Shown: positions 15,235 through 22,409 of the stretch, in pieces
How the letters are laid out: every line of letters starts with the position of its first letter
How positions within the stretch are numbered: the stretch's first letter is position 1
Assembly: GCA_048885765.1 (NCBI GenBank)
Contig: JBHLLI010000050.1
Coordinates: 3,003 to 27,002 of the forward strand
DNA: 24,000 nt
Source: Candidatus Hermodarchaeota archaeon
GTDB lineage: Archaea; Asgardarchaeota; Lokiarchaeia; Sigyniarchaeales; SOKP01
Direction: 5' to 3'
Position numbers and translations under genes: made by a program
The notes under the pieces: model-generated
Database searches by the model: none
Told to the model about the DNA's origin: nothing
Seen by the model: only the letters and a program-made list of their open reading frames with translations

Positions 15235-17202
15235 TTGGATGCCGACAAAAATCATAATCTCTTAGAAAAGCAACTAAAAACCTTAGGTCAGAAGATTAGG
15301 ATTGACATTCTAAAAAAATTGAAAACTAATCAGACTCCCTTGTCATTTTCAGGAATACAAAAAGAAGTATTAGGGAATGATCTTTCAACTGTGAATTTGT
15401 CTTTTCATTTAAACACTCTAAAGAAAAGTGAGTTAATAGATTCTTCTGAGGAGGGATATTCCATCACAATTTTGGGAGAGAAAATTATAGATAAGATCTT
15501 ATCAATTGAACAGATCCTAAATCAGCAAAATCAAACCAAAATGATCAGAACCTCAAAATATTCTAAAGAATTATTTGATACAACTAAAATTGAAAAATAT
15601 CTAGTTACAGAGGGTGAATTGGAGCATTTTTTAGCTAAGCAAATTGCTCGTGAAGTGGAAGAACGTCTTTCTAAGACAAATATAGAATATTTGACTGCTC
15701 CGTTAATGCGAGAATATATTAATGCTGTTTTATTAGAAAAAGGTCTAGAAGAAATAAGACATAAATTAACAAGATTAGGAACCCCTCCTTTTGAAGTGAC
15801 TAAGTTGTTTGAAAGCAGAAGAAGACAAATCAACCCTAGAATCTTTATTGAAAAGTTAGGTTCTGATGTATCTGAGCAATATTTACTACTTAATCTTATC
15901 CCTAAAAATTTAGCTGATTTATATTTATCTGGAGAAATAGCTCTTTTACATTTGAATTATTGGGCTTTGAGACCTTTAAGTCTTTATATCGATACAGAAG
16001 GAATTATGGATTATTTTTATAATGAGAATATCAACTTAAAAAATAATGGAAACAAGGAATTAAATAATACAGAATTGGTTATTCAATTTACTGATCTTTT
16101 ATATTGTTTGAAACAATTTTACTCCGAAGACTTAGTCTTAGGAAATTTTAACACTCAATTCCTTTCTGCCATTTCATTACCTAAAACAGATTCTTCTGAA
16201 TTGCTATTTTTAACCTCCCAAATTGCTAGATTCAATAATAGTTTTAATAAGACAAAATCATCTCTTACATTGGAGTTTAATAATAGAAGTTCAACAAATC
16301 AGCATCTCATTGACGAGGCTTTTTTTCTCTCTTTAACAAAAAGGTGTAAAGGCTTAATTAAACCACTATTTTTATTTGAGTATTCAAATTTATATCCTTC
16401 AGATTCTCAAAATAATAATATTCAACAATTAATATTAAGTAATTTTAGAAATAATGCTATTTTGTATAGTAAATCAATCTCAAATGTGTTTAATTCATCA
16501 TTAATACCAATATCAAATTTCCAAACAAGTCAGGTAATATTAGATAAAATATTGATCAACCTACATAGCATATCTATAGAAGCTAGGCAGAATGATGAAA
16601 AATTTTTAGAGTTATTACAAGAAAAATTATCATCCGTTTTTAAATTGTATGATTATAAAGAAAAACTAGTGCAGAAGAAATTAAATTCACTTAAACAATG
16701 GGATTTCATAGTTTCGAGTATTTTGAAAGGAAACAGGAATTATATATTAAAAGAAGCTCTGAAATCGATTAGTTTTTTCGGTCTTAATGAAGCTGTATTA
16801 CACCATTGTGGTATTGAACTTGATAGAACAGAAAGTAGTGAATCTTTTGCTTTAAAAATACTTACTTTGATGAAACAGATTATAAGTGAAAAAAATAACT
16901 CAAATGGAAATAAATTTGTGTTAAGCCAACCTCATTATGATTCTTACTTAGAGGACTCATGGCATAATGGAAAACCAGCTCTCAACCAGACTTCAGGTCA
17001 TTATACCCCAACTTTAATAAAAGATGATTGCAGTCTTTCTTTTGACAAAAAAATTCATTTGTTTAAGAAATTTCAGAGTATTTTAGACCGAGGGGCATTG
17101 TTTACCTTAAATATAAGTGAAAATGAAAGGAATATATTAAAAACTCTAAAAAATATAATTCAATGCGAGATAAGTGCTATATCATTAAAAAAGAATAATT
17201 AA
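15235..17202 (+). CDS. Fusion protein: ArsR-type winged helix-turn-helix + ATP-cone + degenerate class III ribonucleotide reductase (NrdD-like) core lacking catalytic Cys and glycyl-radical domain
   Basis: TTG start; the frame opens at 15208 and the first in-frame ATG is at 15541. The wHTH part is LGQKIRIDILKKL...LSFSGIQKEV...VNLSFHLNTLKKSELI...GYSIT. The ATP-cone-like part is MIRTSKYSKELFDTTKIEKYL...REYINAVLLEKG. The rest is collinear with NrdD blocks as recalled from memory (see findings). Confidence 0.7.
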   Translation: MDADKNHNLLEKQLKTLGQKIRIDILKKLKTNQTPLSFSGIQKEVLGNDLSTVNLSFHLNTLKKSELIDSSEEGYSITILGEKIIDKILSIEQILNQQNQTKMIRTSKYSKELFDTTKIEKYLVTEGELEHFLAKQIAREVEERLSKTNIEYLTAPLMREYINAVLLEKGLEEIRHKLTRLGTPPFEVTKLFESRRRQINPRIFIEKLGSDVSEQYLLLNLIPKNLADLYLSGEIALLHLNYWALRPLSLYIDTEGIMDYFYNENINLKNNGNKELNNTELVIQFTDLLYCLKQFYSEDLVLGNFNTQFLSAISLPKTDSSELLFLTSQIARFNNSFNKTKSSLTLEFNNRSSTNQHLIDEAFFLSLTKRCKGLIKPLFLFEYSNLYPSDSQNNNIQQLILSNFRNNAILYSKSISNVFNSSLIPISNFQTSQVILDKILINLHSISIEARQNDEKFLELLQEKLSSVFKLYDYKEKLVQKKLNSLKQWDFIVSSILKGNRNYILKEALKSISFFGLNEAVLHHCGIELDRTESSESFALKILTLMKQIISEKNNSNGNKFVLSQPHYDSYLEDSWHNGKPALNQTSGHYTPTLIKDDCSLSFDKKIHLFKKFQSILDRGALFTLNISENERNILKTLKNIIQCEISAISLKKNN

Positions 17203-18116
17203 TTTGTCATTAATTCAGCCAAGAGAGCTTTTCTCATAGGGATTCCATAATAAGTTTGCTTAAAATAAATGGCTTTTTCTGAGTTATCAACATCTGGAGA
17301 GATTTCTGTGATTCTTGGAAGAGGATGCAATAATCTAAAATTATCTTTTGTATCGTTAAGATCATCTTTTCGAAAAATATAAATGTCCTTAATCTTTTCA
17401 TATTCCTCCAAATCAGCAAACCTTTCCTTTTGTATCCGGGTCATATAAAGAACATCTAAAATATTAAGAATTTTCCTGTAATTTGTAATTTCCTTATATT
17501 TAACATGCCGCTGTTGCAGAAAATCTTTGTCTCGATTTCTCATCCTCAATTCTATAGGACTAATAAAATAAATATTTATATCAAAATTTGACAAAAGAAT
17601 TGAAAGCGAATGAACAGTTCTTCCATATTTGAGATCACCCATTAAACCAATATTTAATCCATCTAAAGTACCAATTTCCTCAGTAATCGTTAATAGATCT
17701 AATAAAGCTTGAGTCGGATGTTCTCCACTTCCTGATCCTGCATTAATAATAGGGACTTTAGAAAATTTTGATGCCATTCGTGCTGCCCCCTCAAGCGAAT
17801 GCCTCATAACTATACAATCACTATAGTTTTCTACTGTTCTTATCGTATCTGCAATGCTTTCACCTTTTTTTATAGAAGAAACATCTCCGGAATGAAATCC
17901 AATCACACTTCCACCTAATCTATACATGGCAGATTCAAAACTAAGACGAGTTCGAGTAGATGGCTCAAAAAATAGTGTTGCTAATATTTTTCCATTGAGA
18001 AGATTTGAATTCTTTATATTAATCATTTCTTTTCCTTTTTTCAATATATATTCAATATCTTCTCTATCAAATTGCTTAGCACTAATTACTCCTTCGCTAA
18101 ATTTCTCTTTAAACAT
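17199..18116 (-). CDS. pyrB: Aspartate carbamoyltransferase catalytic subunit
   Basis: Carbamoyl-phosphate site FFEPSTRTRLSFE is present, along with HPTQALLD, the MGDLKYGRTVHS pattern and HPLPR. Length of 305 aa is typical. Confidence 0.95.
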   Translation of the reverse strand: MFKEKFSEGVISAKQFDREDIEYILKKGKEMINIKNSNLLNGKILATLFFEPSTRTRLSFESAMYRLGGSVIGFHSGDVSSIKKGESIADTIRTVENYSDCIVMRHSLEGAARMASKFSKVPIINAGSGSGEHPTQALLDLLTITEEIGTLDGLNIGLMGDLKYGRTVHSLSILLSNFDINIYFISPIELRMRNRDKDFLQQRHVKYKEITNYRKILNILDVLYMTRIQKERFADLEEYEKIKDIYIFRKDDLNDTKDNFRLLHPLPRITEISPDVDNSEKAIYFKQTYYGIPMRKALLAELMTN

Positions 18117-18278
18117 TGATTATCTCAATTAATATGTTTTTATTAACATTATGTAAATAAGATTTAAATTATTTTTTATTAAACAAGATGGCTTTCATAT
18201 AGAACTAACCAGAACTAATAAAATTTAAAATTTATAAATAATTATTTTAGGTTATCAGATAAAAGTGGTTTTTTAAAT

Positions 18279-18560
18279 TTGAAATACCCACGCACAATAC
18301 GAAGATACTGTCCAACATGCCGATCACATCAAATGCATAGTGTAACTTTATATAAGAAAGGCAAAGAACGTATGCTAAATCATGGACGTAGAAGAGTCGA
18401 ACGAAAAAAGAAGGGATATGGTTCGTTCCCTAAAGAAATTTTCCATAAAAATGCAAAAATAAACAAGAGATCGACTCCTTTGTTAGAGTGTTCTGAATGT
18501 GGAAAAAAGCATTATGCTAAATCATATCGAGTAAAGCGACTAGAATTACAAGAAGCATAA
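18279..18560 (+). CDS. rpl44e: Ribosomal protein L44e (eL42)
   Basis: (M)[19 protein letters not shown]...KGKER...ECSECGKKH is the canonical L44e zinc-ribbon pattern. The TTG start aligns exactly with the conserved MKYP N-terminus. Confidence 0.9.
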   Translation: MKYPRTIRRYCPTCRSHQMHSVTLYKKGKERMLNHGRRRVERKKKGYGSFPKEIFHKNAKINKRSTPLLECSECGKKHYAKSYRVKRLELQEA

Positions 18561-18565
18561 AAAAA

Positions 18566-18781
18566 GTGAAAAATATGGTACATAAAAGACAAGAAAAGGA
18601 ACTTATCCCACAACCAAAAAGCAGATTTTTACGCGTAAAATGTTTAAATTGTGGAAATCAACAAATAATTTTTGGGTGTTCTGCTACTGATGTAGAATGT
18701 TTAGTTTGTGGAAAAACTTTACTTCAATCTACAGGGGGTAAAGCCAGAATTTTAACTAAAATTCTAGAAGTCTTGTCTTAA
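18566..18781 (+). CDS. rps27e: Ribosomal protein S27e (eS27)
   Basis: [46 protein letters not shown] is the canonical S27e zinc ribbon. The start is either GTG 18566 or, more likely, ATG 18575, which is preceded by AGTGA. Confidence 0.9.
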   Translation: MKNMVHKRQEKELIPQPKSRFLRVKCLNCGNQQIIFGCSATDVECLVCGKTLLQSTGGKARILTKILEVLS

Positions 18782-18852
18782 TAGATAAAGTCGTACTACT
18801 TCACTGACTTTTAAATGAGTAACATTATATTAACCCAAATTCATTAAGTCAT

Positions 18853-19317
18853 ATGAATATAGTATTTAAGCAAATTAATGCTTCAAATTTGGATTTAATA
18901 GAAAATTTGGCTACAGAAGCTCATTTTGAAGGTTTCGAATTCGTTAAGCGAACTATTTTCGAATGGAAGAGTGGTTTAAATGACTTTAGTAAGCAGGGTG
19001 AGATCTTATTTGGAATATGTATATCAGATTTATGCATAGGACTTGGTGGGTTAAATGTTGATCCTTACATCAATAATCCTAACATAGGACGTGTTAGGCA
19101 TGTATATATATCCCCGAAATATCGTAGAAAAGGATTAGGCATTCTATTGTTAAATAAAATTATTCACAATAGTGCTAACCATTTTGAATTGTTGCGATTA
19201 TATACTAATAATCTAATCGCTTCCACATTTTACGAGTCATTAGGTTTTAAGCAATCATTTAGCTTAAAAGTAACTCATATCTTAAAAAATCTGGATAAAT
19301 ATCCAAAACTTCATTGA
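18853..19317 (+). CDS. GNAT-family N-acetyltransferase
   Basis: Acetyl-CoA motif A is present (RHVYISPKYRRKGLGILLLNKII, i.e. R/Q-x-x-G-x-G/A), followed by the YESLGF motif B region. 154 aa. Confidence 0.8.
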   Translation: MNIVFKQINASNLDLIENLATEAHFEGFEFVKRTIFEWKSGLNDFSKQGEILFGICISDLCIGLGGLNVDPYINNPNIGRVRHVYISPKYRRKGLGILLLNKIIHNSANHFELLRLYTNNLIASTFYESLGFKQSFSLKVTHILKNLDKYPKLH

Positions 19318-19340
19318 GAATTTTAATAATAAATCTTTAA

Positions 19341-19688
19341 TTATTCAATTTTGCCAGTTTTAACCCAACCTGAATTATCAGTTGCTACAATATTTTGTAT
19401 TTTTACCTTAGGATTAATGTATTTGATTCCTATTTTGCGAAATCGTTCTAAAACTATATCAAATGCTAATTGAACATCACTCTTCTTTTTTAAGCCAGTT
19501 AAGACCATTTTACCAGTAGAAAATATTAATATAGTAGCATGTGGTTTTTCTATGTACATTACAAGTCCTGGAAAACGTTCTGGGTTATACTCAGTATTAA
19601 CATAATTATTGGCGAGCTTGTTTAAATCTATCTTCTCTGTAATTTCAATTATTCCAATCCCAACAATATTTTCTATTTTATCGGTCAA
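19341..19688 (-). CDS. TATA-box-binding-protein homolog containing only one TBP repeat (truncated or single-domain TBP)
   Basis: IENIVGIG...IDLNKLA...EYNPERFPGLVMYIEKPHATILIFSTGKMVLTGLKK...A...RFRKIGI corresponds to TBP repeat 1. The second repeat starts (KVKIQNIVAT) and the ORF then ends 12 codons later. TTG start with GGAG 13 nt upstream. Only 23 bp separate its stop from the convergent GNAT gene. Confidence 0.7.
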   Translation of the reverse strand: MTDKIENIVGIGIIEITEKIDLNKLANNYVNTEYNPERFPGLVMYIEKPHATILIFSTGKMVLTGLKKKSDVQLAFDIVLERFRKIGIKYINPKVKIQNIVATDNSGWVKTGKIE

Positions 19689-19746
19689 AATAATCCTGTT
19701 CTCCTATACTTAAACTAAAGCTTATCTCGTGTACAAATTAAGAAAA

Positions 19747-20190
19747 TTAATTGGTCAATATTTCCTTAGCTGGAAGAACTAAACCGATCACTAGAAGACT
19801 AATTCCAACAACGAATGTAATCATACTTATTCCAATATATCCAATATAGATTTTATATATAATAAAAGTACTCCAAGATATCCCACCACCTATAAGAATT
19901 GCATACCAAGACCATTTTTCAGCTTTACGATAACTTTTTTGGTTTATTAAAACAACCATAGCTCCATTAGCTAATAGAATGCAACCGACTAATTTTTTTG
20001 TGATAATGTAAATCTGTGCAAATTCAGGAGCGGCACCTAAATACTGTTGGTATGTTAAACCAGTATAATATGCAAAATCACTCACAAACATTATTTCAGT
20101 TACAAATATCCATAGCAGGGCCATCACTATTGTATACATTCCCATAAAAAGTATTATAAATGAACCAATTTCTAAATTTGATTTATTCAT
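19747..20190 (-). CDS. Small 4-TM membrane protein, unknown function
   Basis: 147-aa ORF with four hydrophobic helices. A GAGGGAG Shine-Dalgarno-like motif lies directly upstream of the ATG. Confidence 0.55.
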   Translation of the reverse strand: MNKSNLEIGSFIILFMGMYTIVMALLWIFVTEIMFVSDFAYYTGLTYQQYLGAAPEFAQIYIITKKLVGCILLANGAMVVLINQKSYRKAEKWSWYAILIGGGISWSTFIIYKIYIGYIGISMITFVVGISLLVIGLVLPAKEILTN

Positions 20191-20214
20191 TTTTCTCCCT
20201 CTTGATATTTTTTG

Positions 20215-20229
20215 GATTCAAATTGAATC
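20215..20229. promoter_or_regulatory. Palindrome GATTCAAATTGAATC upstream of the 4-TM protein gene
   Basis: 7+1+7 perfect inverted repeat 25-40 nt upstream of the start codon at 20190. It is a possible operator or dimeric transcription-factor site. Confidence 0.25.
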
Positions 20230-20261
20230 TAACAATCTATATTTGTAAATTAATAAGTATC

Positions 20262-20295
20262 CAAATAAAAATATTCGTGAAACTGTTCTTTCACG
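20262..20295 (-). terminator. Hairpin plus T-rich tract after the S13-like gene
   Basis: CGTGAAA (20276-20282) pairs with TTTCACG (20289-20295) around a 6-nt loop, 5 nt after the TGA stop (20301-20303 on the minus strand). On the minus strand TTTTTATTT follows the hairpin. Confidence 0.35.
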
Positions 20296-20300
20296 ATAAA

Positions 20301-20912
20301 TCATACTAAATTACTAATAATTTTTATAAAATTGTCCTTATATTGTATCTCTATATTATTTTCCTCTAAATATTTAACAATTCTCTCTTTAATGATATAT
20401 CCATTTTTAAAATCCAAAAAATTTTTTCCAATGAACTCTGGTAAGTATTTTCTTTCTAAAACAATTTCATTTGAACCCCTAGTTTTCATTAAAGAATGAA
20501 TCTTGCTTACTATCTCAGAATAGATGCTCCGACCTCGAACTTTTAACCTTCTAGGATGCCTTTTTCCTTTAAAACTCTTGATCTTTTTCATTCTATCGAT
20601 ATCTCTTCTTTTTATTATCTCCAATTTATTTGTAATAATATGATGATCTTCACCCGTGTGTAAATCTTTTAATCGATTTACCATCCAATTAGGTATACCA
20701 TTCTCTATGGGATTCGATATTATATTATCAATTCTAGCTAATTGTTCTTCAGAGAGATCTCCTATCCTGAGATTAGGATTTAATTCTGCTGTTTTAACAA
20801 TCGCTTGAGCTAATCTCATATCAACTCCTTTTATTTGAGTCAATCCAAAGATAACTTTACTATTAGAGTCAATTATAGCTCGAGCTCTCCGTAAAAATTT
20901 CATCTTAATCAT
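20301..20912 (-). CDS. Divergent ribosomal protein S13 (uS13)-like protein with a non-canonical ~75-aa C-terminal domain
   Basis: Residues 5-128 (LTQIKGVDMRLAQAIVKTAELNPNLRIGDLSEEQLARIDNII...GIPNWMVNRLKDLHTGEDHHIITNKLEIIKRRDIDRMKKIKSFKGKRH...LKVRGRS) are collinear with archaeal S13. Residues 129-203 are not basic and are unlike the S13 tail. The gene is not in the usual S13-S4-S11-rpoD cluster. Confidence 0.7.
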   Translation of the reverse strand: MIKMKFLRRARAIIDSNSKVIFGLTQIKGVDMRLAQAIVKTAELNPNLRIGDLSEEQLARIDNIISNPIENGIPNWMVNRLKDLHTGEDHHIITNKLEIIKRRDIDRMKKIKSFKGKRHPRRLKVRGRSIYSEIVSKIHSLMKTRGSNEIVLERKYLPEFIGKNFLDFKNGYIIKERIVKYLEENNIEIQYKDNFIKIISNLV

Positions 20913-21017
20913 AAAGAAGATAATTTAATTTTTAATTTCATATGGAAATAAACAATATTATGATTTTTATTAGAAATAATCGTTATAATATAGTTCTACT
21001 TATTGATGAAATTTTTA

Positions 21018-21356
21018 CTATTCTTCACGCCAGGTATATTTACAACTTGTACATTTGAAAAAGTGTGTACTTGGCTCATCTGAACTCCTAATTTGAACTT
21101 GCCAGGTTTCTACTTCCATATTCTTACATTTAGGACATTCTTTTCTAGTGATTGGGTTAGAAGTAATTTTATCCTTTTCAGATATAATTACTAAATTTTG
21201 TTCCAAGTCTTTTTCTTTCTTTTGGATGTTTTCTTTAATTTTTGCACTATCTGACATAAGTTCTCGTTCATAACCACACTTACATGCCAGAAAGGACGTA
21301 CCATTCATAATCTTTTTACGTAAGAGACTTGAACATTCAGGACAAAATTCAACCAT
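21018..21356 (-). CDS. tfs: Transcription factor S (TFS; RpoM/TFIIS C-terminal homolog)
   Basis: An N-terminal zinc ribbon CPECSSLL...CKCGY is present. The C-terminal ribbon is CPKCKN...WQVQIRSSDEPSTHFFKCTSCKYTW, with the acidic DE hairpin intact. Confidence 0.9.
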   Translation of the reverse strand: MVEFCPECSSLLRKKIMNGTSFLACKCGYERELMSDSAKIKENIQKKEKDLEQNLVIISEKDKITSNPITRKECPKCKNMEVETWQVQIRSSDEPSTHFFKCTSCKYTWREE

Positions 21357-21510
21357 ATTAATTATACTACTAATATTTAGTAAAAATTAAAATATAAAAA
21401 CAGAAAAAGTTAAAAAATTTTATGATATTGAAATATAGTATATTGAATTTCTATATAATTGTAAAAAATATTAAAAATTTTACTTGGAATAGACAATCAA
21501 TTAAATAATT

Positions 21511-21876
21511 TTGATTTATATGAAGTTTAAAGAATTTATTACATTTTTAGGCACTACTGATCTTACTGCTACATCAAAATTTTATAAAAATATTCTTGGT
21601 TTAAAATTATATAAAGATCAAGGTGCTTGTCTAATATTTAGCATAAATAGTAAAAGTAAAATTGGTTTTTGTGAACATATGCAGGTCATCCATACTAAAA
21701 AAAGTCCAATTTTAACTCTTGTAACTGATGATGTTGATGAAATTTATAACAAATTAATCAAATTGGGTGTTATTATTCCAGAAAACCCTACAGTTAATGA
21801 AAAATTTAAAATATACCATTTTTTCTTCGAAGATCCTAATGGGTATACAGTCGAAATTCAAAAATTTTTAGATTAG
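21511..21876 (+). CDS. Glyoxalase/bleomycin-resistance (VOC) family protein
   Basis: Contains the typical beta-alpha-beta-beta-beta module signatures: S-x-x-FY-x-x-iLGl at the N-terminus and HFFFEDPNGYTVEI at the C-terminus. The start is TTG 21511 or ATG 21520. Confidence 0.7.
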   Translation: MIYMKFKEFITFLGTTDLTATSKFYKNILGLKLYKDQGACLIFSINSKSKIGFCEHMQVIHTKKSPILTLVTDDVDEIYNKLIKLGVIIPENPTVNEKFKIYHFFFEDPNGYTVEIQKFLD

Positions 21877-21902
21877 TTGTCCTAATATACGTTCATATTT
21901 AT

Positions 21903-22229
21903 CTAATTTAGATTCAGTTCCTTTTTAATTTGATACATTTTTTGATAGTAGTCAAAATTTAGCTTATTCATATCTTGGACAATATCCGCATTAAGCACTT
22001 TTTCACCAGAAGATTGGAACTCAATATCTCCTATTACATTAATTAAATCATTTTCCTTAAATTTGAACTCATCAATACTCATAAGATTAACATTAATTTC
22101 ACCAGTTTTATCATCTAAAACAATTTGCTTATCACTGACTCTGCTTTTAATGTATCCAGTAACTTGGATTCGTTCATCATCTAGAGAAATATCTTTAACT
22201 ATTCTTTGTTTAGCGAACTGAAAAGACAT
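21903..22229 (-). CDS. Small OB-fold protein resembling RPA2/RPA3/Stn1-type ssDNA-binding subunits
   Basis: The pattern is V-x-V-x-G-x-I (RIQVTGYIKS), then hydrophobic-LDD-x-TGEI-x-V, then a second strand block INVIGDIEF, then ADIVQDMNKLNFDYYQ, a C-terminal helix like the DMNE...H/Y segment of RPA32-type OB domains. It is divergently paired with PCNA. Confidence 0.5.
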   Translation of the reverse strand: MSFQFAKQRIVKDISLDDERIQVTGYIKSRVSDKQIVLDDKTGEINVNLMSIDEFKFKENDLINVIGDIEFQSSGEKVLNADIVQDMNKLNFDYYQKMYQIKKELNLN

Positions 22230-22409
22230 TTTTTTTTTAAATAAGAATCATTTAATTAAATATTACATGTTTGAAAATTTAGGATAAGTATAAATAATTA
22301 ATTTAATACCTAAAATTGGTATTATTAAAAGACTAATATCAAACATTATTAATAATGTGAATAAAACATATTTATCTTAATTATCATTCAATAAAAATAC
22401 TGAAAGATT

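Noticed and set aside
12929-18132. Short ORFs 12929..13180, 14209..14535, 15531..15833, 17234..17419 and 17926..18132
   Set aside because: They overlap better-supported genes (zinc-ribbon membrane protein, acyltransferase, NrdD-like, pyrB) in other frames or strands. No independent support.
18279-21520. Frequent non-ATG starts (TTG for L44e, half-TBP, NrdD-like and possibly VOC; GTG for S12 and possibly S27e)
   Set aside because: This is noted for annotation accuracy; for example the L44e TTG aligns exactly with the conserved MKYP N-terminus. Alternative start codons are common in archaea and are not in themselves unusual.
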